Part shown: one piece after another, positions 46,481 through 54,603 of the stretch | Layout of the letters: the number at the start of each line of letters is the position of its first letter | Numbering within the stretch: the stretch's first letter is position 1 | Assembly (NCBI GenBank): GCA_023397905.1 | Contig: JAEWSZ010000009.1 | Span: 10,048-74,047, forward strand | Direction: 5' to 3' | Source: Bacillota bacterium | GTDB lineage: Bacteria > Bacillota > Clostridia > Acetivibrionales > DSM-1351 | Length of the DNA: 64,000 nt | The notes under the pieces: model-generated | What the model saw: only the letters and a program-made list of their open reading frames with translations | Databases searched by the model: none | What the model was told of the DNA's origin: nothing | Made by a program: the position numbers and the translations under genes

Positions 46481-48268
46481 TTATCCTTCAGTGCTTCGGT
46501 AATGCTGCATGACCAATTGTACATTTCTGCTGCCGTTGTATTCATTTATGCCGATATGAAATACCATGTCAAGTTTTACGCTGTTGCTTTTGCCGGCATA
46601 CATATCCGCCAGCGCGTCACCTCCGAATCTTCCGGACACATAGCCGTCAAAATCCGGTATATTGCCAAAGTATATGCAATCTATGTATCTGCTGCCCCCC
46701 GAGACCAGTCTCAATTTCAAAACGTTTTTTTCCGAGCCCAGCACCGTGGCTCTTGCCACCGGTATGCCCTTCTCCGCAAAATACGGTTTTGAATTTCCTT
46801 TCCCATAGGGCTCCAGCAGCAGCAATTCTTCCGCGACCTTTAAATTTACCCAGGAAAGCGGAACACGTGCATCAATGTATACCTTTGGAATTAAGTCTTC
46901 TTCCGTCAGCGACGTGTATTCATTCAGCTGTTTTCTCAGCAGCTCAAGGTTTTCACGCTCCAGGCTCAGCCCCGCCGCCATTGGATGGCCTCCGAACCTG
47001 GTCAGCAGCTCTTTGCATCTTAAAAGCTCTTCAAACATATTATATTCTTCTATTGACCGGCCGGAACCCTTTACACCGTTTTCGGCGTCGGTTATTACAA
47101 ATGTGGGGACATTATACTTTTCACGTATTTTACCTGCGATGATGCCGGCGATACTCTCATGTATGTCCGGCCGGTAGACAACTAAAACCTTATCCTCCTT
47201 CAAGCCGCTGCCCTCTATTGCCGCTACGGTTTCTTCCATCCCCTGGAGAGTCATGCTTTTTCTTTCCCTGTTGAGTTCATGGAGCTCCAGAGCAAGTTTT
47301 TCGGCTTCCTGAACATCCGTGCTCAGGAGCATGCTCAGGCCCTTTTCGGCCCAGTCCAGCCTTCCCGAGGCATTTATGCAGGGACCGATGATAAATCCGA
47401 GATGATATACGCTTATTTCCTTCCCCAGAATCCCGGTTTGTTTCATAAGAGCCTTAAGGCCAATATTTTTGCTCTGCCCTATGGCCTTGAGGCCGTTTTT
47501 TACAAGTATCCTGTTTTCACCCGTCAGATCAACCACGTCACACACGGTGGCAATGGCCACAAACTCATGAAATTCTTCCAGGGCGTCCTCCGGTATGCCC
47601 ATATCTTCAAACAGGAGCTGAACGAACTTGAAAGCCACTCCGGCGCCGCACAAAAGCTTGAATGGGTACTCGCAGTCGGTCCGTTTCATATCTATAACTG
47701 CGTCGGCTTCCGGGAGGATATGTACTCTGTTTGAATCGGCGTCCTCTGTAAACGGCACCTCATGATGGTCTGTGATTACGACGGTGATACCGGATTCTTT
47801 GGCGTATTTGACCTGCTCTATGGCTGATATCCCGTTGTCGCAGGTAATAATCGTATCCACGCCGTCTTCCTTTGCCTTCTCAATGATACTGTTATTGATC
47901 CCGTAGCCGTCCAATATCCTGTGAGGTATGGCATAATCAACCGCTGCACCGCATCTGTCCAAAGCCTTGTATAGAATAAAAGTGCTTATAACCCCGTCAA
48001 CATCATAATCTCCGATTATACGGAGCTTTTTACCGGCTGCGATTTTTTCCTTTATAATGGAAACGCCCTTTTCCATATCCCTCATCAATCTTCCGCTGTA
48101 CAAGCCGTCATTTCTGGGATTTATAAAGCTTCTGGCAATATGGTAATCAGTAATGCCCCTGTTTACCAGCACCCTGCAAAGCAGCTCGCTGACTCCAAGG
48201 GTCTGTGACATTTCTTTAAAATCAACCTTTGGGTTCTTTAATATCCAATTTTCCAAGTTCGACTCCAC
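46481..48268 (-). CDS. recJ: ssDNA-specific exonuclease RecJ
   Basis: GDYDVDG, TCDNG, TDHH, GPCINASGRL, GSGRS, GGHPMAAG. Confidence 0.96.
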   Translation of the reverse strand: MESNLENWILKNPKVDFKEMSQTLGVSELLCRVLVNRGITDYHIARSFINPRNDGLYSGRLMRDMEKGVSIIKEKIAAGKKLRIIGDYDVDGVISTFILYKALDRCGAAVDYAIPHRILDGYGINNSIIEKAKEDGVDTIITCDNGISAIEQVKYAKESGITVVITDHHEVPFTEDADSNRVHILPEADAVIDMKRTDCEYPFKLLCGAGVAFKFVQLLFEDMGIPEDALEEFHEFVAIATVCDVVDLTGENRILVKNGLKAIGQSKNIGLKALMKQTGILGKEISVYHLGFIIGPCINASGRLDWAEKGLSMLLSTDVQEAEKLALELHELNRERKSMTLQGMEETVAAIEGSGLKEDKVLVVYRPDIHESIAGIIAGKIREKYNVPTFVITDAENGVKGSGRSIEEYNMFEELLRCKELLTRFGGHPMAAGLSLERENLELLRKQLNEYTSLTEEDLIPKVYIDARVPLSWVNLKVAEELLLLEPYGKGNSKPYFAEKGIPVARATVLGSEKNVLKLRLVSGGSRYIDCIYFGNIPDFDGYVSGRFGGDALADMYAGKSNSVKLDMVFHIGINEYNGSRNVQLVMQHYRSTEG

Positions 48269-48301
48269 CCCATATGTTCAAATTCGTATTACCCGGCTCA
48301 A

Positions 48302-49327
48302 TCAGCGGCCCATGGCTGCTATCAAAAGCTCTATGGCTATCCTGTCCGTTATTTTTCCTGTTTTTATGGATTCATCCAGTTCAAGGCTGTAATACATGGC
48401 CTTTTCAAGTGTAGATATGTCCAGATTCCTGCTGACGCTCATTACCTTGGATGCCACAAAAGGCGTCAATCCCAGCTGTTTGGCTGCTGCATCGTCTCTT
48501 AATCCCTTTTGCCTCAGCAGCTTCATCCTGTATACCATCCTGATCTGCCTTATTATCATAAAAAGGACCTTTTGCATAGGTTCCCTCAGCTCCGCCATAT
48601 CATTGAGGAATGTGAGGGCTTTGGAAATATTGCCTTCGGAAATTGCATCCGTCAGATCGAATATCCTGCTTTTGATGGTTTTGTTGCAGACAAGCTCCAC
48701 ATCCCTCATGGCGATTTCAGTCCTGTCTCCAAGGAAATTTACCAGCTTTTCTATTTCAGTCAGCAGCTCGGTCATTGAATATTCACTGTTTTCAACGATA
48801 TAGGACGCGGACATCTGATCTATATTTTTATTGTGGCTCTTAAATACCTTTATGACCCATTTTACAAGATCCGCCGGCTTCTGATAATCAAGTTCCACCA
48901 TAAGCCCGTTCTTTTTAATGGCGTTGACCAGCTTCAGCCTTTTGTCGATTTCAGTTTCCACAAAAATAAGGCAGGTGTACGCCGGTATTTTTTCCATATA
49001 TTCCGACAATTTGTCTTTTGTGTTCTTTTTATCTTCTCCGTCCTCTGCCGCACTGCCTTTTTTAGCCTTGAAAAGTCCGGTATTTTTTGCAACCACAAGC
49101 TTGTGTTCACTGAACATCGGTAAGGTTTCGCAGCTTGAAATAATGGCCTCAGGATCGGTCTTTCCCTCAAAAGAAATGAAATTGAGATCTTTGTTGTCAT
49201 CCTCTACAATCAATTTTGTTATTATATTAATATAATATTTTTTTAAATATTCCTCGGCGCCGAAAAAAAGATAAACATTCTGCAATTTTTCATCTTTGAC
49301 CTGCTTTTTTAAAATATCCAGACTCAT
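48302..49327 (-). CDS. holA: DNA polymerase III delta subunit
   Basis: VYLFFGAEEY, ETLPMF, EIEKL, IFDLTDAI, IKTG; follows comEC. Confidence 0.93.
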   Translation of the reverse strand: MSLDILKKQVKDEKLQNVYLFFGAEEYLKKYYINIITKLIVEDDNKDLNFISFEGKTDPEAIISSCETLPMFSEHKLVVAKNTGLFKAKKGSAAEDGEDKKNTKDKLSEYMEKIPAYTCLIFVETEIDKRLKLVNAIKKNGLMVELDYQKPADLVKWVIKVFKSHNKNIDQMSASYIVENSEYSMTELLTEIEKLVNFLGDRTEIAMRDVELVCNKTIKSRIFDLTDAISEGNISKALTFLNDMAELREPMQKVLFMIIRQIRMVYRMKLLRQKGLRDDAAAKQLGLTPFVASKVMSVSRNLDISTLEKAMYYSLELDESIKTGKITDRIAIELLIAAMGR

Positions 49328-49395
49328 ACATTATCCTCTTTCAATTCAATTTTTACAGAAGAACAGGCATAAACCGAAGTTCTGCATCCCCGCCG

Positions 49396-51783
49396 TCAGC
49401 CGGGAAGCATAGTCCGTATCCGCAGCTTCTGCCCATAGGTGGTGGCGGTTACAGCGCCCCTTTCATCGGTTCTGAACAGGCGTATACCCCTTTCCTCAAT
49501 TCTGTCCACAACAAATTGGGAGGGATGCCCGAAATTGTTGTTTTCGCCGACGGATATCACCGCATATTCAGGACTGACTCTTTCCAGAAAAGCCTCACTT
49601 GTTGAAGTAGAAGAGCCGTGATGCCCCACCTTCAGCATGTCCGCGTCTACATCCAGCCCCAGCTCCAGGGCCCTCTGCTCAACGGGAAGTTCACAGTCGC
49701 CGGTGAACAGCACCTTAACATTCCTGTATGTTAATTTTAACATTAATGAGCTGTCATTCAAAGACTGCTGTGCCAAAGAATCCTCCTCAAATTTCTGCGG
49801 GTTCAATACCAAAAAATCTGTTTCACTGTCAAGCTTTATAATATCCCCCTGTCTGCACTCCACTATTTGAATCTTTTTTTCAGAGCAGATATTAACTATC
49901 TTTTCAAAGCCTTCACCGTCCGTATCCGGGAGTATGACCGTTCCCACGTCCATTTCCTTAAGAACGGCCTCCAGCCCCTCTGTATGGTCCGAATGTCCGT
50001 GGGTTGCAATGACAATATCTATATGCTTTGTTCCGCGGTCCAGAATATATGGTACCATAACAGACTCTCCAATATCAAATGAAGATTTGGAGCCTGCGTT
50101 TCTTCCTCCCCCGTCGATCAACACTTTGGTCCCGTGTGAGGTCTTTATAAACGCGCCGTCTCCCTGCCCCACATCCAGGAATGTTATTTCAAGAGGTTTC
50201 GGGACGGCAAAGCTTATAAGCAGCACCAGTGCCAATATCCCCGGAAGTACCCATTTCAAATGTCTAACCGCCGGTATCTTTTCCTTTATCACACTTCGCT
50301 TGAGCCAGTACAGCAGAACCAGATAATATACTGTGATTAAAATCAAAGGTGGAGTGGGGAGTTTTAGTAATGCATATGGGATTTTGGCAGTAGTCTCCGT
50401 CACAAAAAGTACAAAGGACAGAAAAGAATTATTAACATAACCTATCAGCACCGCCCCGTGAATATTTACCAGACCTGCGAATACCATGGCAAAACCTATT
50501 ATTGTTATAAACTGGACCAGAGGGACTACCAGCAGGTTGGACAGCACTGAAATAAGAGATAAATTATTGAAATAATACAGCGTAACCGGAATCACTCCCG
50601 CCTGGGCTGCCAGTGTTGCAGCCAGCGTATCCGCCACAAGGTCCGGAATATATTTATTGGTAACAGCTCCCTTGATTTTAGGATAGAACAGCACAAGTGA
50701 AAGCGTTGCGGCAAAAGACAGCTGAAATCCGATATCAAACAGCGTAAACGGATTTATTGCCAGCAGGATGAAAACAGCAATTGCAATACTTGTGTATATA
50801 TCTGTCTCCCGCCTGATTATCCTGCCTGTCAGGATAACTATACCCATAATCACTGCCCGCACCACTGACGCCGAAAAGCCCGCCACAAAGACAAAAAGCA
50901 CAAGCACCAGTATTGTCAGGCCATTGGCCGCCAGATTGCCCAGCCGCAATTTTTTAAAAATGAAGGTAAGGGGCAGGATTATAAAGGCCACATTCATCCC
51001 GGAGGCCACCATTATATGAGTCAGTCCCGCTTTGCTGAAGGCTTCAAATGCAGTCTCGTCGAGTCCGTCCTTATACCCTATTATCATTCCTTCCAGCAAT
51101 CCTGCCTGGTTTTTATCCAGTGAGTACTCAACTATACCTAAAACGGTATTTTTGATTTTATAGCCCAGCTTATTGATCCAGCCTCCGCCTTTAATTCCCG
51201 TTTTTTCAATATCATATGGATTTTTCAGATAAACTGTGCCGGAGATCCCGATAGAGGCCAGATAACGCCTGTAGTTAAAACCTCCCGGATTTGTGGCAGG
51301 CTTTGGTTCGTCAATAACCGCCCCGATGGAGACCCTGGATCTGTATCCCGCTTCATTCCCGGCAAACCGGCTGCCATCAACTGTATAGATATATACAAAC
51401 AAATTGCCCCTGACCCTTTTGGCACTCTGCTGGTAAATAATCCTTTCGGTCCTTAAAGTGAACTTTACCCGGTCGCCTGAGTTCTCAATTTCACTGTCTA
51501 TGAAACCTTCGATTTTAACAGGCTTATCATAATATTCCTTAAAAGTCCCCATATAGGTCTTTTCCGCGTTATTAAAAATAATTCCGCCGGCTCCGAAAAA
51601 TAAAAGCGTAATTAAAAACAGCAGAATTGAATTTTTAATTTTTTTAAACATGAAAGCAATGCACATCAGATATAATGCGGCAGACAACAGAAAAAAAGAC
51701 ATGCCCATACTGTTCAGGATCAGTATGCCGGCAATAAATGAGACGCAAAAAATACATAGCGGTCTCTTTAAGTTCATATTCAT
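49396..51783 (-). CDS. comEC: DNA uptake competence protein ComEC/Rec2
   Basis: DUF4131-like N-terminus (NPGGFNY), GLTHIMVASGMNV, DIGFQLSF; MBL domain (LDVGQGD, THGHSDH, KVGHHGS). Confidence 0.95.
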   Translation of the reverse strand: MNMNLKRPLCIFCVSFIAGILILNSMGMSFFLLSAALYLMCIAFMFKKIKNSILLFLITLLFFGAGGIIFNNAEKTYMGTFKEYYDKPVKIEGFIDSEIENSGDRVKFTLRTERIIYQQSAKRVRGNLFVYIYTVDGSRFAGNEAGYRSRVSIGAVIDEPKPATNPGGFNYRRYLASIGISGTVYLKNPYDIEKTGIKGGGWINKLGYKIKNTVLGIVEYSLDKNQAGLLEGMIIGYKDGLDETAFEAFSKAGLTHIMVASGMNVAFIILPLTFIFKKLRLGNLAANGLTILVLVLFVFVAGFSASVVRAVIMGIVILTGRIIRRETDIYTSIAIAVFILLAINPFTLFDIGFQLSFAATLSLVLFYPKIKGAVTNKYIPDLVADTLAATLAAQAGVIPVTLYYFNNLSLISVLSNLLVVPLVQFITIIGFAMVFAGLVNIHGAVLIGYVNNSFLSFVLFVTETTAKIPYALLKLPTPPLILITVYYLVLLYWLKRSVIKEKIPAVRHLKWVLPGILALVLLISFAVPKPLEITFLDVGQGDGAFIKTSHGTKVLIDGGGRNAGSKSSFDIGESVMVPYILDRGTKHIDIVIATHGHSDHTEGLEAVLKEMDVGTVILPDTDGEGFEKIVNICSEKKIQIVECRQGDIIKLDSETDFLVLNPQKFEEDSLAQQSLNDSSLMLKLTYRNVKVLFTGDCELPVEQRALELGLDVDADMLKVGHHGSSTSTSEAFLERVSPEYAVISVGENNNFGHPSQFVVDRIEERGIRLFRTDERGAVTATTYGQKLRIRTMLPG

Positions 51784-51953
51784 ATGAAACCTCCGGAACC
51801 GGTTAAAACGGCAGGATAAAATAAAAGATTTAAATTTGAGAAATTTGAAATTTCAAATAAGATAAAAATAAGATTTAAACACTGGATTTAAAATGTAAAA
51901 CATTTTTTTAAACTGGATGTGAGAACTGACGGCCTGGGGATAAAATGAGAATG

Positions 51954-51992
51954 AACCCACAAAAACGCCCTTTAAGGACGTTTTTGCGGGTT
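51954..51992 (-). terminator. Terminator after the NlpC/P60 gene
   Basis: AACCCGCAAAAACGTCC/GGGCGTTTTTGTGGGTT stem on the minus strand. Confidence 0.6.
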
Positions 51993-52002
51993 ATGATAAA
52001 AA

Positions 52003-52911
52003 TTAAATTACTCTTTTCGCACCAATATAAGTTCCGCGGTATTCGGATAAGCTTTGAACCATAACTTTTCCGTTTGAAGATGAGGCATGTATGAACAAGC
52101 CGCCACCCATGTAAATACCAACATGGTCGATTACGCCGGATGCTTTTCTTGCCGATGCATCAAAAAACAAAAGATCTCCGGCTTTTAAGGCGCTCTTTGA
52201 TACTTTTGTACCGTTTGAATACATACTTGCGGCCGAACTGTTTAATTTAATCCCGAAATTCTTATAAACATATCCGACGAAACCTGAGCAATCAAAGCCA
52301 CTGGGGCTTTTTCCACCATAAACATACTTCACCCCGACATACTTCTTTGCGTATGCAATGATCTTACCGGCCGTAGAACTGTCTGAAATCTCTTCTTCAT
52401 CTTCCGGTAGAGATTCAACCGTTGTCGAACGTGATGTCTTTACTTCGGTAGAGGTACTGGTTTCAGTGACAAACTTTGTAACCACATAACCTGTTTTAGA
52501 ACCAACCTTTACCTTGTGCCAACCTGAGCGAGTATCAAGAATTTCTACACCCGTCTCCTTACTTAGAGAATCAATTATTTTGCCAGATGTACTAGCACTT
52601 TCTCTAAAATTAACACCATTAGCATTAATTTTTCCTTTTGTGGAAAGAGCTTTTATGTAGTCACTGCTAACCCACCCTGTCTTTCCGCTAAAAGAAATTT
52701 TGTACCAGCCATTTGACTGATCAACAATTGATACCCTTGAATTGGATAACTTTGTGATTACACTTGACGAAGTGTTTGGTGCTGTCCTCACATTTACCTC
52801 TGTTCCTACGATCTGACCCTGCTGGGATGCAGCCATGGCCACCGAGCAAACAAGAACCAGTGAAAAAGCGAAAACACATCCGACAAGTATCTTGCTAATC
52901 TTACCTGTCAT
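52003..52911 (-). CDS. Secreted peptidoglycan endopeptidase with two SH3b domains and NlpC/P60
   Basis: Signal peptide; VNVRTAP...GWYKI...GWVSSDY repeated twice; YVYGGKSPSGFDCSG, HVGIY, FIHASS. Confidence 0.94.
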   Translation of the reverse strand: MTGKISKILVGCVFAFSLVLVCSVAMAASQQGQIVGTEVNVRTAPNTSSSVITKLSNSRVSIVDQSNGWYKISFSGKTGWVSSDYIKALSTKGKINANGVNFRESASTSGKIIDSLSKETGVEILDTRSGWHKVKVGSKTGYVVTKFVTETSTSTEVKTSRSTTVESLPEDEEEISDSSTAGKIIAYAKKYVGVKYVYGGKSPSGFDCSGFVGYVYKNFGIKLNSSAASMYSNGTKVSKSALKAGDLLFFDASARKASGVIDHVGIYMGGGLFIHASSSNGKVMVQSLSEYRGTYIGAKRVI

Positions 52912-52927
52912 TGGCTCCTCCTATATT

Positions 52928-53034
52928 ATGCTTCCGAAGTTAGCTGCCGGGCTCGGGCAATAGGACCGCCCTACCATTTGCATGGACTCACCCCAAATAT
53001 TGGTTCCTCCGTACCTCTTTCGAGGATTCAGCTT
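52928..53034 (-). ncRNA. c-di-AMP (ydaO/yuaA) riboswitch
   Basis: Minus strand GCTGAATCCTCGAAAGAGGTACGGAGGAACC...TTTGGGGTGAGTCC...GTAGGG...CCCGAGCCCGGCAGCTAACTTCGGAAGC; cell-wall hydrolase context is typical. Confidence 0.92.
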
Positions 53035-53050
53035 TTTATAATACTTAACC

Positions 53051-53079
53051 ATTATATTCAATGTGTAACAGTTTGTCAA
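53051..53079 (-). promoter_or_regulatory. Consensus sigma-A promoter of the riboswitch-autolysin transcript
   Basis: TTGACA-17 nt-TATAAT, an exact consensus match. Confidence 0.85.
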
Positions 53080-53124
53080 ACTTTTAGCAACAAATTAGCA
53101 AAATTTTGGTAATATTTTTGTAAT
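53064..53124. promoter_or_regulatory. 11-bp-phased hexamer array (WalR/OmpR-like boxes)
   Basis: TGTAAC-N5-GTCAAA-N5-AGCAAC-N5-AGCAAA-N5-GGTAAT-N5-TGTAAT. Confidence 0.5.
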
Positions 53125-53135
53125 ATATCTCATAT

Positions 53136-53648
53136 CTATAGTAGTTTACGCATGATTTGTGCGAATTCACCGATGTTTCCGGCGCCCATCCCCGGCAAAC
53201 CATCGCAAAATTCATATCCGCACTCGCTCCAGAAATCCATTCCGGCCTTATTGCTTTTAAACACCGAGAGATAAATTTTTTCTACAAGATACTTTTGTTT
53301 AAAAAAACTCTCCAGCAAAAGTGTCGCCATCCTGCCATACCCTTTTTTCTGGTATGGAGTATTTATGACCAGCGAGTTGATCCACAGCAGGCGGTTTTTT
53401 TCTATGACCGAACCCTTGATCAGACCTATGGGTTCCCCCTGAGGCAAACATATGTCGAGGAAAAACACATCCTTTTTCTGAATGAACCGGGATATTTCAT
53501 CCATGAACCTGGCGTATTCCATGGATTCGAAAACACCTGTCGCATATTTGAAATCGCTGGCGCTGTATATTGAATATATATTTTTAAAACTGTTTTTATC
53601 GATAGTCTTAATTTCCAGATTGTCATTCCCCATATTTATATTCAGCAT
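53136..53648 (-). CDS. GNAT-family N-acetyltransferase
   Basis: LVINTPYQKKGYG (motif A) and NKAGMDFWSECGY. Confidence 0.85.
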   Translation of the reverse strand: MLNINMGNDNLEIKTIDKNSFKNIYSIYSASDFKYATGVFESMEYARFMDEISRFIQKKDVFFLDICLPQGEPIGLIKGSVIEKNRLLWINSLVINTPYQKKGYGRMATLLLESFFKQKYLVEKIYLSVFKSNKAGMDFWSECGYEFCDGLPGMGAGNIGEFAQIMRKLL

Positions 53649-53769
53649 TTACCCACCTTTAAATATTAAAACCCATATTGTCTATATTTTTCTAAAAAAC
53701 ATCCTTTATAGGATTATATCAAAAAAATTGCAACAAAAAAATTTTATTTATAAAAAACCTAGGAAATAT

Positions 53770-53798
53770 TTGACATTTTAATTAAGATTTATTATATT
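53770..53798 (+). promoter_or_regulatory. Sigma-A promoter of the 83-aa ORF
   Basis: TTGACA-17 nt-TATATT. Confidence 0.6.
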
Positions 53799-53839
53799 TT
53801 TATTATCCGATAAAATTTAATAAGAAGTGGAGAAAGAAT

Positions 53840-54091
53840 ATGAGTAATTTGTTTGAAAATGAAGAATTTGAGAAACAATTATTTGAATGCTCACTTATGC
53901 TGGTTTCGCTTTTATTGGTGCAATATAAAAGAAAAACTATCGATATAACTGATTTTAAATGCCATACGGCAAATAAAATCAATTATATCTTAAAAAACTT
54001 TGATCTCATAAAAGATAAGTCGGAGAGAAGAAGTATAGAAAAATTAATAAATGAATGCAATACAATTACCACCAGTTATTTGGAATCATAA
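53840..54091 (+). CDS. Small hypothetical protein (83 aa)
   Basis: GGAG RBS and its own promoter; helical composition. Confidence 0.65.
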   Translation: MSNLFENEEFEKQLFECSLMLVSLLLVQYKRKTIDITDFKCHTANKINYILKNFDLIKDKSERRSIEKLINECNTITTSYLES

Positions 54092-54231
54092 AATTGTAAG
54101 ATCAAACTGTCCAAACGCGTACTTATTTTAAGTATGTCAAGCTTTGCCCATGGTTCATTTTCTAATAAATCATAAAGTTCTTCCTTAAGACATTCCATTT
54201 CTTTATTTAGCATGAAATTCTTGTTTTCCAT
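54076..54231 (-). CDS. Spo0E-like aspartyl-phosphate phosphatase family protein (51 aa, below the ORF-track cut-off)
   Basis: MENKNFMLNKEMECLKEELYDLLENEPWAKLDILKISTRLDSLILQFYDSK; two-helix pattern with an SxxLD motif; GGGGA RBS; TTTACA-17-TAATAT upstream. Confidence 0.75.
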   Translation of the reverse strand: MENKNFMLNKEMECLKEELYDLLENEPWAKLDILKISTRLDSLILQFYDSK

Positions 54232-54603
54232 ATTTAATCCCCATTCTTTTCTTTAGTAAGATGACTCGCCCTGCATAATATTACCATTATTTTATACATA
54301 TGTAAATATTAAAATCCAAAATTGTCATTTTTTTGCAATTTTCATAAAACCTGTGTCTTCAACTAATATATTATTTGGATATTTTTTTCAACTTCACTTT
54401 CCGATATACTGAGATTTTTATCCTGAATATCAATATTTTTGTTAAATTTCGCAATACTAAGAGCATATTTGTTAATTCTGCTTTAAGTAAATATTTTAAA
54501 TTTTATTTTAAAAATATAAAGGATTATTAATTATTTTATAGAATTCGTAATACAGGTATGTATATATTTGGATACATTTTTTCTGAAAGGATGTGTTTTA
54601 GCA

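Noticed and set aside
54435..54490. Rex boxes upstream of hppA
   Set aside because: Only TTGTTAA half-sites; the second halves do not match TTAACAA in an AT-rich region.
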